From NCBI GenBank assembly GCA_963727625.1, contig CAVSHR010000002.1:544001-608000 (forward strand): a stretch of DNA of 64,000 nucleotides, in the 5' to 3' direction. This document shows positions 1 through 10,516 of the stretch, piece after piece. Source of the stretch: an uncultured delta proteobacterium (lineage in GTDB: Bacteria > Desulfobacterota > Binatia > UBA9968). Both the position numbers and the translations under genes were made by a program. The notes below the pieces were generated by a model that was not told where the DNA came from, made no database searches, and saw only the letters and a list, made by a program, of their open reading frames with translations. Each line of letters opens with the position of its first letter. Position 1 is the first letter of the stretch.

Positions 1-3000
1 CATTGCTCGAACCAAAACATATTCATCATCGGCCAGTTGAAGCAGCGTGACTCGAAGCAACGGGCCGATAGCTAAATCGAAAGGCCGCTGAGCTTCTTCT
101 GTGAAGATTCGGCGGGCTTCGATCCATCTGTCATCTTCCGAAACGAGTGCTCTTAGATCGAATACCGGCATTGTAATGCTCAAGTTCGGTAAGATGACCT
201 GTGCCGGTTTGCCATTCTCGGATTTAAACACCGTTCGCAGCACTTTGTGGCGCCGGATGATCTCGTTAAAGGTCCGTTCTAACGCCCCCACGTTGAGCGC
301 GCCCTCAAGCCGGTAGGCGGAAAAGAGGTTGTAGGTAAAACTTCCGGGATCAAGCTGATCGAGAAACCACAACCGCTGTTGGGCAAAGGATAAAGGCGGC
401 GTGTCGCTGAAATTCCGAGACGGGATGGGTTCGTTTGCCGGAGTAAAATGTTCGGTCGCTTCAAGCAAGCGCGCGATCCCGGTGATCGAAGAGTTTTCGA
501 ACAATTCGCCCACAAAGAATTCCCTCTGAAAAGCCAGACTCAAACGCGACACGAGCCTTGCGAGGAGAAGCGAATCCCCTCCCAGATCGAAGAAATAATC
601 TTCAATGCTCACTTCCTCGACTCCCGTGCACTCGGTAAAGATCCGAGCGATTGTTCTCTCCACGTCCGTTCGAGGAGCCACAAACGGCGTACTAAGCTCT
701 GGTCTGCAACTATCCGGGTCAGGCAACGCACGGCGATCGATCTTGCCCCTAGTGGTCAAAGGTATTGTGGCCATTTTAATAAAGGTCGAGGGCGCCATAT
801 AGCTGGGCAATTTTTCGCTGATAAATTCACGCAGTTCACTGACGGATGGGTGCCGCGCTCCGCGGGCCGTATAATAGGCTATCAGGCGATGCTCGCTCGA
901 CCCGTCGGGCCGACCTAACACGGCGGCTTCGCCGACCGCAGGATGACTCCGTAAGGCTCGTTCCACCTCATCGAGCTCGACTCCGTTACCGCGGATCTTG
1001 ACGCGAAAATCCTTTCGCCCCTTGTGCATCAAACAGCCGTCGGACCGCATGAATCCTAAATCGCCGGTGAAGTAAATGCGCTTTGCCGGATCTTGTGGGT
1101 CGACTTTAAATTTACTTTCGGTCAGTTCCGGACGGCGCCAATAGCCCAGAGCCAGATAGCGGCTACGAACGGCGATCTCGCCAACCTCACCGAAGTCGAC
1201 TTCCTGACCGTCATTGTCGAGTAGAAGCACTTCCTTAAACGGGACGGGATAGCCAATCGGCACTTCGTCGCCCGCAAGGTCGGTGCCACCAACGATGCGG
1301 TACGAAGTGAGGTGGCCTGCTTCCGACGAGGCCAGGCCGGTGATCAAAGCGCAGTGAGACGGAAAGTGTTTGTTGAATAACGAAATATCGGCCGCTTGAA
1401 CTGTATCGCTCCGCAATCTCACGACGCGAAGATTTGAGAAATCTTGCGCGTCGGTTAGACATTCACACAGTTTGCGAAACAGCGGCGCCGCGATTGCGCA
1501 GATCGACACGCCTTCGGTTCCTAACCAAGAGCCCAGGCGAACAACGCCATGCGCGCGCACGTCGAATGGCAAGAGAGTCGCGCCGTTCAGCAAGGCGAGC
1601 AGTACATCGTTTATTGTATTGCCTGCATGCGAGGAAAGGAGGGCGATGCGGTCCGATTCGCTGATCTCGCTCTCGCGGGTCCGGGTTATCTTGCGGTGGA
1701 AGAGAGCCTCATGATTCCATGTGACCCCTTTGGGCGCTCCGGTGGAACCGGATGTGTAAACGATCATGGCTAGACTGTCCGGCGGGATATCGAGCGATAG
1801 ATTGTGCGAATTTAACTGGTTGCCGATGTCGGAATAATCGATTGTCTGACATCCGATATTGGTGATCTCGCGAATCAACGTGCTGTTTTGATCAGCAATA
1901 ACTAATTCTGCCTTAGCATCTTGAACTATCGATGTAATGCGACTTATAGGATCGGCGGGATCAATGAGCGCAAAATATTTTCCAGATTTAAGTACGCCAA
2001 TTATCGCGGTTAAGTATGGGATCCCTGTCTTCATCACTATGGCTACCGCGGCCGGTTTGTTTCCAATCTTGGTCAAGAGCGCCTGCGCAACGCGATTGGC
2101 TTGAATATTGAGCTCGGTATAAGTTACCGACTCCTCCCCGGTTTTTATCGCAACTCGATCGGGAAACATCCTTACGATCTGTTCAAACTGTTCGGGGATC
2201 GATCCCTCGACTTCTTCGTTGGGGAAAGGCGACAAGCCGATGGTGGGTCCGACCGGGCGAGCCTGCACTGCATTGCGGGATCGCTGAGAATGGGGACGAC
2301 CAGGCTGATGAATTACTCTTCGGCTCTCTCTGATTACGGCAGCCATCTCTCGCACGGTCGGTGTATCGAAAAAAGTCTGCGGGGGCAGCTCTAATTGGAA
2401 CTTGTCGATCAAGCGCGTGACAATTCTCGTAGCCGCTAGGGAATGGCCGCCTAGATCAAAAAAATTGTCAGAGATGCCGACCCGATCGATGCCGAGAACC
2501 TCCGCCCATATTTCAGCCACTGCGGTTTCTTCGTTGCCGTGCGGAGCCATAAATGGGGTGTCCAAATGGGGACGTGTCTCGGCTGGTGGCGGGAGCGCTG
2601 CGCGATCGACTTTGTTCTGCGGGTTGAGCGGTATGCTATTCAATCTTACGAAAAAGGCAGGAATCATGTAATCGGGCAACGTCTGCCCTAAGAACCTTAC
2701 CAACTCACTTACGGTGGGCACTTCTTGAGGAGCTGTCACGAAATACGCGACGAGCACCGTTTCTCCTGAATGGTTGATTCGAGCCGTGATGACGGAGTCG
2801 TGAATCCTGGGATGGTCCCGAAGCGCGGTCTCGACCTCTTTGATATCCACCGGATTGCCACGGACTTTTACGCGAAAGTCTTTGCGCCCTTGGTGTACCA
2901 GACAGCCGTCAGAAAGCACGAGCCCCATATCACCGGTTAGGTAAATACGACTTCCATTTTCGGATGGATCGCGCTTGAACTTAGACTTTGTCAGCAGTGG

Positions 3001-4185
3001 ATTGCGCAAATAGCCGGGCGACAGATAGCGACTCCGGACAACAATCTCAGCAACTTCATCGGAGCCCACTTCTTCGCCGTCCTGATTAACAAGCACGATT
3101 TCTTTCCCTGGGGCCGCGTAGCCGATGGGAACCGCGCCATCGGCCACGATCGTGTCGTGATCGATCAAGTAATCCGCTAAGGGCCCTGTCTCGTTTGAGG
3201 ACAGGCCGGTGACGAAGATGCAGGTCGGCGAGAAAAACCGCTTGTAAAGATCGGTATCTGATTTGTAAACCGATTCGCTTCGTAATCGTAGGGCGCGGAA
3301 GTCGGGAAAGTTATTGCTTCCTTTCAAGGTTTCGCACAGGTTACGAAAGAGCGGCGAACTCATCGGCGCAATGGTAATGCGTTCCTCTGCCAACCAACGG
3401 GAGAGCTGTACAATTCCTTGCTGTTTGACTTCCAACGAATAAAGTCCCGCGCCGTTTAGCAGTGCCAGCAAAGAATTCGTAATCGCGTTGGATGTTCCGG
3501 ACGAAAGCAGACTGATGCGATCATGCTCGCAGACATGAATGAGATTGGTGCGCAGCATGACGTTGTGCAAAATCATTCTGTGGTTCCGAAGTAAACCCTT
3601 GGGTTCGCCTGTGGAGCCGGAAGTGTAATTGATAAAAGCGAGAGCTTTGGCTGCAATCGAGAGCTCGGGATTATTTCCGGAAATCGAGCCATCGATGGTT
3701 TCCCATTGCATCAACCGGCAGTCCGGCGTTGCAATTTCATCGGCTAGGCCAGCATTTCGCCGGTTCGTTACCAGCAACTTCGCCCGGGAGCCCTTGAGCA
3801 TGGCAGTGAGCCTGGTTTTTGGAAAGGATGGGTCCAGAATCAAAAAGAACTTTCCGGCTTTCATCGCTCCCAGCATGGCGGCAACTTGTGTCACGTCCTT
3901 TTCCAATAGTAGTGCTACAAGTTGTGCTTTCGGGACCAGGCTTTGCAGCAAGTAGTGGGCAAAGCGATTGGCCATCTCATTAAGTTGGCTGTAAGTCGCG
4001 ACGCAAGCTTCTGTCTTGACCGCGATCCGATCGGCGTGTTGCCGTACAATCCTTTCGAAGCGCGCAGGGATGGAAGTCTCGACGTCCTCAATCGGAAACT
4101 CGACGAAATTTCCACTCGGATGAAAACACTTGTCGCGGATAGCCTGCTGCTCCGGCGGGAACATTTTAGCGTCGTCTTTGCTCAC
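1..4185 (-). CDS. Non-ribosomal peptide synthetase-like protein, A-T-A-T-C(partial); 3' end lies outside the window
   Basis: Hand translation of the minus strand from GTG 4185 (alternative ATG 4164) stays in one frame to position 1. Motifs: YTSGSTGEPKG (~3600-3627), YLTGDMG, GRKDFRVKVRG, FFDLGGHSL (Ser 2440-2442), second YTSGSTGAPKG (~1730-1758), FFDLGGDSL (Ser 571-573), then C-domain start PLSFAQQRLWFLDQL (~355-395). Probably absent from the ORF track because it has no stop in the window. Confidence 0.93.
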   Translation of the reverse strand, partial: MSKDDAKMFPPEQQAIRDKCFHPSGNFVEFPIEDVETSIPARFERIVRQHADRIAVKTEACVATYSQLNEMANRFAHYLLQSLVPKAQLVALLLEKDVTQVAAMLGAMKAGKFFLILDPSFPKTRLTAMLKGSRAKLLVTNRRNAGLADEIATPDCRLMQWETIDGSISGNNPELSIAAKALAFINYTSGSTGEPKGLLRNHRMILHNVMLRTNLIHVCEHDRISLLSSGTSNAITNSLLALLNGAGLYSLEVKQQGIVQLSRWLAEERITIAPMSSPLFRNLCETLKGSNNFPDFRALRLRSESVYKSDTDLYKRFFSPTCIFVTGLSSNETGPLADYLIDHDTIVADGAVPIGYAAPGKEIVLVNQDGEEVGSDEVAEIVVRSRYLSPGYLRNPLLTKSKFKRDPSENGSRIYLTGDMGLVLSDGCLVHQGRKDFRVKVRGNPVDIKEVETALRDHPRIHDSVITARINHSGETVLVAYFVTAPQEVPTVSELVRFLGQTLPDYMIPAFFVRLNSIPLNPQNKVDRAALPPPAETRPHLDTPFMAPHGNEETAVAEIWAEVLGIDRVGISDNFFDLGGHSLAATRIVTRLIDKFQLELPPQTFFDTPTVREMAAVIRESRRVIHQPGRPHSQRSRNAVQARPVGPTIGLSPFPNEEVEGSIPEQFEQIVRMFPDRVAIKTGEESVTYTELNIQANRVAQALLTKIGNKPAAVAIVMKTGIPYLTAIIGVLKSGKYFALIDPADPISRITSIVQDAKAELVIADQNSTLIREITNIGCQTIDYSDIGNQLNSHNLSLDIPPDSLAMIVYTSGSTGAPKGVTWNHEALFHRKITRTRESEISESDRIALLSSHAGNTINDVLLALLNGATLLPFDVRAHGVVRLGSWLGTEGVSICAIAAPLFRKLCECLTDAQDFSNLRVVRLRSDTVQAADISLFNKHFPSHCALITGLASSEAGHLTSYRIVGGTDLAGDEVPIGYPVPFKEVLLLDNDGQEVDFGEVGEIAVRSRYLALGYWRRPELTESKFKVDPQDPAKRIYFTGDLGFMRSDGCLMHKGRKDFRVKIRGNGVELDEVERALRSHPAVGEAAVLGRPDGSSEHRLIAYYTARGARHPSVSELREFISEKLPSYMAPSTFIKMATIPLTTRGKIDRRALPDPDSCRPELSTPFVAPRTDVERTIARIFTECTGVEEVSIEDYFFDLGGDSLLLARLVSRLSLAFQREFFVGELFENSSITGIARLLEATEHFTPANEPIPSRNFSDTPPLSFAQQRLWFLDQLDPGSFTYNLFSAYRLEGALNVGALERTFNEIIRRHKVLRTVFKSENGKPAQVILPNLSITMPVFDLRALVSEDDRWIEARRIFTEEAQRPFDLAIGPLLRVTLLQLADDEYVLVRAM

Positions 4186-4532
4186 GGATCACTTGTTCAT
4201 TTTCATTGCGCGAATCTGTGCTCATACAATTTGTAACGGAACGGAGCAGGAAAACTCAAGACTAGACACCCAATAGGTTTTCGCCTTTTGGAATTGACGG
4301 GAATTGAGGGAATTTGCAGAAACGAACGAGACTCAATTGTGGCAGTCAGATGAGCTTTTTTTTTCTCGTCGAGTCCGAACTGCTAGTAAAGTGCGAGGTA
4401 ATTGCGGCGGGCCTACATCCATCTGAAAAGCTTTGGAACCGGCAGAAAGCGGAGTGCGGGTTTACCTTGACACCGAGATTGCGAATTACTGGCTTCGAAA
4501 GAGGATGATCGCGGTCCGTAGGCGCTCGGTGA

Positions 4533-5756
4533 TTACTTCAATTCAAAGCTTTTTTCCGCCATCTCGCAGATCTGCTGGCCGATGGCGAGCGACGCGGTGG
4601 CGCCCGGCGACGGCGCATTGAGCACGTGAATTGCGCGGGGGCTTTGCTTAATGACAAAATCGTCGACTAGCGCGCCGCTGGCGGACACCGCTTGGGCGCG
4701 CACGCCGGAGCCTCCGGGCACGAGATCTTTTTCGCGAATTTCCGGCAAGAGTTTTTGCAGGGCGCGCACGAACGCGGCTTTGCTGAGCGAGCGGTAAAGC
4801 TCCCCGAAGCCGGTGCGCCAATATTTGCCCGTGATTGCCCAAAAACCTTTAAAGGAAATCGTGCGCCAGAGATCGCTTAAATTAATGTCGCTGTGGCGGT
4901 AGCCCTCGCGCGCATAGGCAAATACCGCGTTGGGGCCGGCTTCCACCCCGCCACGCGCCATACGCGTGAAGTGGACGCCCAAAAATGGAAAGGTCGGATC
5001 GGGCACCGGATATATCAAGTTCCGCACCAGGAATTCTCGCGCCGGGGCGATTTTGTAGTATTCGCCGCGAAACGGAATGATGCGGTGCTCTTCTTCGTCG
5101 ATGTCTTTAGCAGCGATCATTTGCGCGACGATGTCGGACTGCAAGCCGCAGCAATTGATCAGATGTTTGGTGCGGTAGTCGCCGCCGGAAGTCTGTAAGA
5201 CAATTTCATCCGGGCGGTCGAGCATGCCGACGACGCGTTGCGATAACCGGATATCGCCGCCGTTGTCGCGGATTTTCTCGGCGTAGGCCGCGGCGACTTT
5301 TCGATAGTCGACGATGCCGGTCTCGGGAACGAAAAGCCCCCTGATGCCGGTGGCATGGGGCTCGAGCTCTTTCAGTCGCTCGGGTCCGATGCTTTCCAAG
5401 CCCAGCAGGCCGTTGGCGGCGCCGCGGCGACAGAGCTCATCGAGCCGCGGTAATTCTTGTTCGCGGGTCGCGACCACGACTTTACCGCAGATTTCGTACG
5501 GAATGGCATGCTCGTCGCAGAAGGCGATCAGCTCCTTCCGGCCGCTCACGCAGGAGCGGGCTTTGAGGGAGCCCGGACGATAGTAAAGCCCGGAGTGGAT
5601 CACGCCGCTGTTGTTTCCGGTTTGATGGCGCGCCAGCTCGGCTTCTTTTTCCAGGATCAACAGGCGCAGGGTCGGATGGGCGGCAATGATTTTCAGCGCG
5701 GCGGCGAGACCGAGGATGCCGCCGCCGATGATCGTGAGGTCGTACTGCGAAGCCAT
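4533..5756 (-). CDS. lhgO: L-2-hydroxyglutarate oxidase family FAD-dependent oxidoreductase
   Basis: MASQYDLTIIGGGILG (FAD-binding), HQTGNNSGVIHSGLYY, IYPVPDPTFPFLGVHFT, HVLNAPSPGATASLAIG; start trimmed to ATG 5756. Confidence 0.92.
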   Translation of the reverse strand: MASQYDLTIIGGGILGLAAALKIIAAHPTLRLLILEKEAELARHQTGNNSGVIHSGLYYRPGSLKARSCVSGRKELIAFCDEHAIPYEICGKVVVATREQELPRLDELCRRGAANGLLGLESIGPERLKELEPHATGIRGLFVPETGIVDYRKVAAAYAEKIRDNGGDIRLSQRVVGMLDRPDEIVLQTSGGDYRTKHLINCCGLQSDIVAQMIAAKDIDEEEHRIIPFRGEYYKIAPAREFLVRNLIYPVPDPTFPFLGVHFTRMARGGVEAGPNAVFAYAREGYRHSDINLSDLWRTISFKGFWAITGKYWRTGFGELYRSLSKAAFVRALQKLLPEIREKDLVPGGSGVRAQAVSASGALVDDFVIKQSPRAIHVLNAPSPGATASLAIGQQICEMAEKSFELK

Positions 5757-5769
5757 CACAGATTGCGCT

Positions 5770-5814
5770 CGTTCAAGTTGTTCGAAAGGTTCAAATCGTT
5801 CAAGCCGTTTGCAG
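5770..5814. repeat. Intergenic 9-bp tandem repeat, CGTTCAANN-like x5 (degenerate)
   Basis: cgttcaagt tgttcgaaa ggttcaaat cgttcaagc cgtttgcag; the same unit occurs at 42120-42164. Confidence 0.8.
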
Positions 5815-5818
5815 AGAA

Positions 5819-6754
5819 CTATAGATGCAGCAGCCGGCGCGAGTTTTTTTCCGTGAAGCTTTTTATATGCTCCGGATCGGGCTGCGCCGCGATGGCGGCA
5901 AAGCCCTTGGCGAGCGGCCCCAAGCCCCCGCAATAGTCGGAGCCGAAGACGATGTTGTTCTCGCCCATTTTATGGATCAGGAACGAGAGCGTGGCGGCGT
6001 CGGAGCTGGCGCAATCGATGGAAAAATGTTCGAGGAAGATGTCCGAATAGCGCTGTTCCCCCGTCGCCCCTTTGTGCTTCCAGAAAAAGCGGTGGAGCAG
6101 CAGCGGGATGCCGCCGCCCGAGCTGCGGATGACGATCTGCAGATTGGGGTAACGATCGAACAGGCCGCTGGCGATCATGCGCAGGCAGCACTCGGCGACT
6201 TCGCCGTCGGACAGTACGGCGTAGGCAACGCCGGCGCCGCCGTCTTCGAGGCGCGCCAGGCTCGGGTCCTGCGCCGTGCCGGCGCCGTGCAAAAAAATCG
6301 GCAGATTGAGCTCGGATATTTTCGCGAAGATCGGATCCATCGCTGCGGTGTCGACCAACATTTCGCCCGCCACATGGGGATAGAGCAGCACGGCGCGAAA
6401 CCCCTGTTTCGCGGTGCGCTCGATCTCTTGCACGGAGGCAGCGATATTCTTGAGCGAGAGCGCAGTGACGCCGATCAATCGATCTTGATACGGCGCGATG
6501 CGCTGGGCCAAAATAGCGTTGGATTGCTTGACGATCTCGAGAGCCTGATCGCCGGGCAACTGGTCGGCGTAGACGCCGGCGCCCTGACAGACGAGCTGCA
6601 GGTCGAGGCCGACTTCGTCCATCTCCTTGATGCGCTTCGATAAATCCGGCGAATCGTAGGCGTCGATATGCGGTCGCTTGCCGGTTAGGGATTTGATGTG
6701 GTCGGCGATTTCCGGAGCGGTGTGGTGCGCGTGCCAATCGATACAAGTCGCCAT
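5819..6754 (-). CDS. Amidohydrolase 2 family protein (ACMSD/decarboxylase-like)
   Basis: IDWHAHH metal motif, LPIFLHG, IVFGSDY. Confidence 0.85.
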   Translation of the reverse strand: MATCIDWHAHHTAPEIADHIKSLTGKRPHIDAYDSPDLSKRIKEMDEVGLDLQLVCQGAGVYADQLPGDQALEIVKQSNAILAQRIAPYQDRLIGVTALSLKNIAASVQEIERTAKQGFRAVLLYPHVAGEMLVDTAAMDPIFAKISELNLPIFLHGAGTAQDPSLARLEDGGAGVAYAVLSDGEVAECCLRMIASGLFDRYPNLQIVIRSSGGGIPLLLHRFFWKHKGATGEQRYSDIFLEHFSIDCASSDAATLSFLIHKMGENNIVFGSDYCGGLGPLAKGFAAIAAQPDPEHIKSFTEKNSRRLLHL

Positions 6755-6938
6755 GGCGATCTCCTTTACCCTTGCGTACGCTTCTCGAATACTGCGGATC
6801 GTTTCCGTCAGTCAAGAGAGGGCTTGGGCCAAGCCAGCGGAAGCGCCGATGTTGGCGGGCACTCTAAATAATCTATCGTTGGTCGGGCGCGCCAAGCACG
6901 GCCAACGCGACGGATCGTCGGATCGCACCGACGCACGA

Positions 6939-7565
6939 TCATTTCCGCGGCGTGCCGGCGAATTCGGCCTTGTCTTTGAGTCGGCGCACCAGTTCTTCGT
7001 AGGAAGCGTGGGAGATCACGCGGTTGAATTGCGAGCGGTAGTTGTTGACCAGGCTGACGTTTTCAGCGACGACGTCGTACACTTTCCATTCGCTGCGGAC
7101 TAAATGAACTTTGTAGTTGAGAGTGTATTCTTCGCCCCGGCTGGTCAGGATTTTGCTGCCCACGTCGGCGTAGGTGCCGTCGATGCGCTCGTGGGTATAG
7201 ATGAGTTTTTCGTCGGTATAGGATTCGATGATGTCGGCATAGGCGCGCTCGAGCACTTCGGTGAACAAATGGACAAATTCCTCCTGCTCCTTGGGCGTGC
7301 GCCGGCGCCAGTTGGGGCCCAGGGCGCGCCTGGCCATCTCGGTGAAATCAAAACGGGCAAATAAAATTTGTTTCAGCTGATCACGTCGCTCTTCTACCTT
7401 TGCCGCCGGTTTCAAGCGCGGGTCCTTAAGAACCAGCAGCGCCTTATCGACGGTCGCTTTGATCTGATCCGTGGGCAGCCCCGCGTGGGCGTTTCCCGAT
7501 AGCAACGCCAGCGTGAAAAACACAATGGCAATGGTTTTCATAGCGAGATTATTTTTGAAGTTCAT
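6939..7565 (-). CDS. mlaC: MlaC/Ttg2D periplasmic phospholipid-binding protein
   Basis: Signal peptide, FDFTEMARRALG, WKVYDVVAENVSLVNNYRSQF; last gene of the mla operon (start could be 7541). Confidence 0.9.
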   Translation of the reverse strand: MNFKNNLAMKTIAIVFFTLALLSGNAHAGLPTDQIKATVDKALLVLKDPRLKPAAKVEERRDQLKQILFARFDFTEMARRALGPNWRRRTPKEQEEFVHLFTEVLERAYADIIESYTDEKLIYTHERIDGTYADVGSKILTSRGEEYTLNYKVHLVRSEWKVYDVVAENVSLVNNYRSQFNRVISHASYEELVRRLKDKAEFAGTPRK

Positions 7566-8025
7566 CTTTCTTCTCAGTTTTGGACGTCAGGTCGCCGCCG
7601 ACTATCTTGCCGATCAAATCGGGTATGTCCGGCGGCGACTCGGTCTCCCTGATTTTTCCGCCAGGCGCAATCATTTTATCCGAAGCGCCGGGCGAGACCA
7701 AGACAAATTTGTCGCCGATCAAGCCCCGTGCTCGCACCGATGCGATGACATCTTCCTGAAGCTTAATTCCATCGTTAAACCTGAGAGTTAGGCGCGCTTT
7801 GTCGTCGGCCAATCCGATGCTGTCGACGCGGCCAACTCGGACTCCGGCAATTTCTACCGGATCGCCTGGTTTTAGGCCTGCGACAGAAGGGAAATCGGCA
7901 AAAACCACATATCCTTGAGAACTGAATAGCTCGAGTTTGCCTAAGCGGATGGCGAGATAACCCAAGCAAGTAAGCCCGACCAGAACAAAAAGGCCAACGA
8001 TGACGTCTGTGCGTGAATGATTCAA
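7549..8025 (-). CDS. mlaD: MlaD MCE-domain protein
   Basis: N-terminal TM helix, FPSVAGLKPGDPVEIAGVRVGRV, GLIGDKFV; TTG start at 8025 after a GGAG RBS. Confidence 0.9.
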   Translation of the reverse strand: MNHSRTDVIVGLFVLVGLTCLGYLAIRLGKLELFSSQGYVVFADFPSVAGLKPGDPVEIAGVRVGRVDSIGLADDKARLTLRFNDGIKLQEDVIASVRARGLIGDKFVLVSPGASDKMIAPGGKIRETESPPDIPDLIGKIVGGDLTSKTEKKDELQK

Positions 8026-8036
8026 TGTCGTAACTC

Positions 8037-8783
8037 CTACAGGACTTGGATCGGGCCCTCGGTTTTGCCGTGAATAAATTGTTGCACCACCGGGTTCTCG
8101 GAGGCGCAAAACGCGTTCGGCGGTCCAACGTTTTCAATTACCCCGTTGGCGAGCATAGCAACGTAGTCGGAGATTTCAAAGACCTGCGGGATGGTATGGC
8201 TCACCACGATTCCAGTAAAACCAAACTCCTTGTGAGTACGAGCGATCAACTGATGAATGCTGGTTGCCAAGACCGGATCCAGGCCGGTGGTCGGTTCGTC
8301 GAACAGAACGATTTGCGGGTCCATAATCAGCGCGCGCGCCAGCCCAGCGCGCTTTCTCATGCCGCCGCTAAGTTCGGCGGGAAGTTTTCCGCCCATTTTT
8401 CCCAAGCCGACCTGTTCCAATCGCGCGTCGACCTTTTTCTTGATATCACTCTCACTGGTGCGGGTTTTTTCGCGCAGCGGAAAGGCGACGTTGTCGAATA
8501 CGGTCATCGAGTCCAACAGCGCAGCGCCTTGAAAGAGCACGCCGAATTTACTGCGGATCTCATAAAGATCCTTTTGCGCCAGTTTGGTGATGTCGACGTC
8601 ATCGATCAAAACTTCACCCGAGTCGGGCAGAAAAAGCGCGTTCAGATGCTTCAATAAGACCGTTTTGCCGCAACCGCTGGTGCCGACGATGGTGGTGATC
8701 TTGCCCGAGGCGAACTCCAGGTTCACACCCTTAAGGACTTGTTGACCGCGAAAACCTTTGTGCAGATTGGCGACCTTGATCAT
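8037..8783 (-). CDS. mlaF: MlaF ABC transporter ATP-binding protein
   Basis: GTSGCGKT Walker A, LFQGAALLDSMTV, LSGGMRKRAGLARA, LFDEPTTGLDP. Confidence 0.93.
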   Translation of the reverse strand: MIKVANLHKGFRGQQVLKGVNLEFASGKITTIVGTSGCGKTVLLKHLNALFLPDSGEVLIDDVDITKLAQKDLYEIRSKFGVLFQGAALLDSMTVFDNVAFPLREKTRTSESDIKKKVDARLEQVGLGKMGGKLPAELSGGMRKRAGLARALIMDPQIVLFDEPTTGLDPVLATSIHQLIARTHKEFGFTGIVVSHTIPQVFEISDYVAMLANGVIENVGPPNAFCASENPVVQQFIHGKTEGPIQVL

Positions 8784-8785
8784 GG

Positions 8786-9556
8786 TTAGAGCATGATGGA
8801 AGTCAGAAAGTAGTCCCAGACGAGAATGAATACAAAAGATAGCACCACGGATTCGGTGGTCGCCTGGCTCACCCCGGTCGCCATCGGCGGCGCGTGAAAT
8901 CCCTTATAACAACAAATCCAGGTGATGATCAGGCCGAAGGAGAGCGATTTGACAAAACCGCCGTAGACGTCGTGAAAAACAATGCTGTTTTCCATGCCGG
9001 CAAAAAAGCTGCCGGAGCTGACGCCGAGCAGATTGACGCCGACCAAATAGGATCCAAAAATGCCGATCACATCGAAAATCGCGGTCAGCAGCGGCATCGC
9101 GATCAGGCTGGCGATAATGCGCGGCGACACGAGATACTTAATCGGGTTGATCGCCATCGAGTCAAGCGCGTCGATCTGTTCGGTAGCGCGCATGGTGCCG
9201 AGCTCCGCCGCCATCGCTGAGCCGGTGCGACCCGTCACCATGAACGCAGAAAGGACCGGCCCCAATTCGCGGAGTAGGCCTAAGGCGGCCGCTGAGCCGA
9301 GAAAGCTTTCAGCGTTGAATTTTCTTAAACTGTAGTAACCTTGAAAGCCCATCACCATGCCGGTGAAAAATCCCGACAAGGTGACCACCGACAGCGAGTC
9401 CACACCGATAGTTTTAATGTGATGGATGATCAGGTAAATCTTGGCTGGGCGACGGAAGGCGAGTAATATCGCTGAAATAAGGAAGGAAAACATCCTACCT
9501 ATTCCGGCAATTTGATCGATCGCAAAGCGACCGGTGCGGCCTAGAAAAGAAACCAT
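8786..9556 (-). CDS. mlaE: MlaE ABC permease
   Basis: LLRELGPVLSAFMVTGRTGSAMAAELGTMRATEQIDAL, GVSQATTESVV. Confidence 0.93.
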   Translation of the reverse strand: MVSFLGRTGRFAIDQIAGIGRMFSFLISAILLAFRRPAKIYLIIHHIKTIGVDSLSVVTLSGFFTGMVMGFQGYYSLRKFNAESFLGSAAALGLLRELGPVLSAFMVTGRTGSAMAAELGTMRATEQIDALDSMAINPIKYLVSPRIIASLIAMPLLTAIFDVIGIFGSYLVGVNLLGVSSGSFFAGMENSIVFHDVYGGFVKSLSFGLIITWICCYKGFHAPPMATGVSQATTESVVLSFVFILVWDYFLTSIML

Positions 9557-9631
9557 GAGTTGTTAGCGTGAAGCGCAGCGAACTTCTTGAATGCAATCTA
9601 AATACAGAAAACGCCTGCGCGTTGCAAGCAT

Positions 9632-10483
9632 ATGAAAAAATACCATGATGTCGCGACGCCGACCGAGCGCGAAGCGATAATAAACCGGCGAGCGCAACTC
9701 GGTTTGACCGGCGATTCGCGACCAGAGCAAAGGAGCGATGAAACTCTCGACGCACTGTTTGACGGTAAGTTGAAGCTCTTGCAAAGCCGTCGCGGCTATC
9801 GTTTTTCTCTCGACTCGCTGTTGCTGGCGCACTTTGTCACGCTAAAACGGCAGGAGAGCGTGATCGATCTCGGCACCGGCAATGGCGTGATCGCCCTGCT
9901 GTTGGCGCGCTTACATGAGGACGCCAAGATTACCGGTGTCGAGGTTCAGCCGGCGATGGCTGAACGTGCCGAGAGAAACGTTCGCCTGAATCAAATGGAA
10001 AACCAAGTGCGCATCTGTCGTGGCGACGTTCGCGAGGTCGAATCGACCGCCCTGGCGGCGAGCTTCGATGCGGCGGTTTGTAACCCGCCGTTTCGTCTTG
10101 CAGGCAGCGGACGGATCAGTCCCAACGACGAGAGGCGCATCGCCCGCCATGAATCCGGCGGCGCGCTCGGCGACTTTCTGAGCGCCGCTAGTTTTCTCCT
10201 GCGCGCCAAAGGGCGTATCGCGCTAGTCTACCTCGCTGACCGCGCGGTCGATCTATTTTCCGCCATGCGCGCGGCGCGCCTCGAACCAAAGCGAGTTCGC
10301 ATGGTGCATTCATTCATTGGCGCCGACGCGCCGCTTGTCTTGGTGGAAGGGGTGAAGACTGGCCGGAGCGGTGTAAAAATTCTGCCTCCGCTGACCATCT
10401 ATCGTGAGGGCAAATCGTATAGCGAGGAAGTCGCGTCGATCATCGCTGGTTTGCCGAAGCAAACGCGCGGGCTCAACCCTTGA
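9632..10483 (+). CDS. tRNA1(Val) (adenine37-N6)-methyltransferase family (YfiC/TrmN6-like); start uncertain
   Basis: GYRFSLDSLLLAHF, VIDLGTGNGVI SAM motif, CNPPF, ARHE. Confidence 0.85.
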   Translation: MKKYHDVATPTEREAIINRRAQLGLTGDSRPEQRSDETLDALFDGKLKLLQSRRGYRFSLDSLLLAHFVTLKRQESVIDLGTGNGVIALLLARLHEDAKITGVEVQPAMAERAERNVRLNQMENQVRICRGDVREVESTALAASFDAAVCNPPFRLAGSGRISPNDERRIARHESGGALGDFLSAASFLLRAKGRIALVYLADRAVDLFSAMRAARLEPKRVRMVHSFIGADAPLVLVEGVKTGRSGVKILPPLTIYREGKSYSEEVASIIAGLPKQTRGLNP

Positions 10484-10516
10484 GTGAGAGTCCGGCGGGA
10501 AGTTGCGAATGAGCGG

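Noticed and set aside
101-4236. Many short plus-strand ORFs in the ORF track
   Set aside because: They are antisense shadows of the minus-strand NRPS gene.
5757-5933. N-terminal extension of LhgO in the ORF track
   Set aside because: It overlaps the amidohydrolase gene and translates the 9-bp repeat tract; the family start is at 5756.
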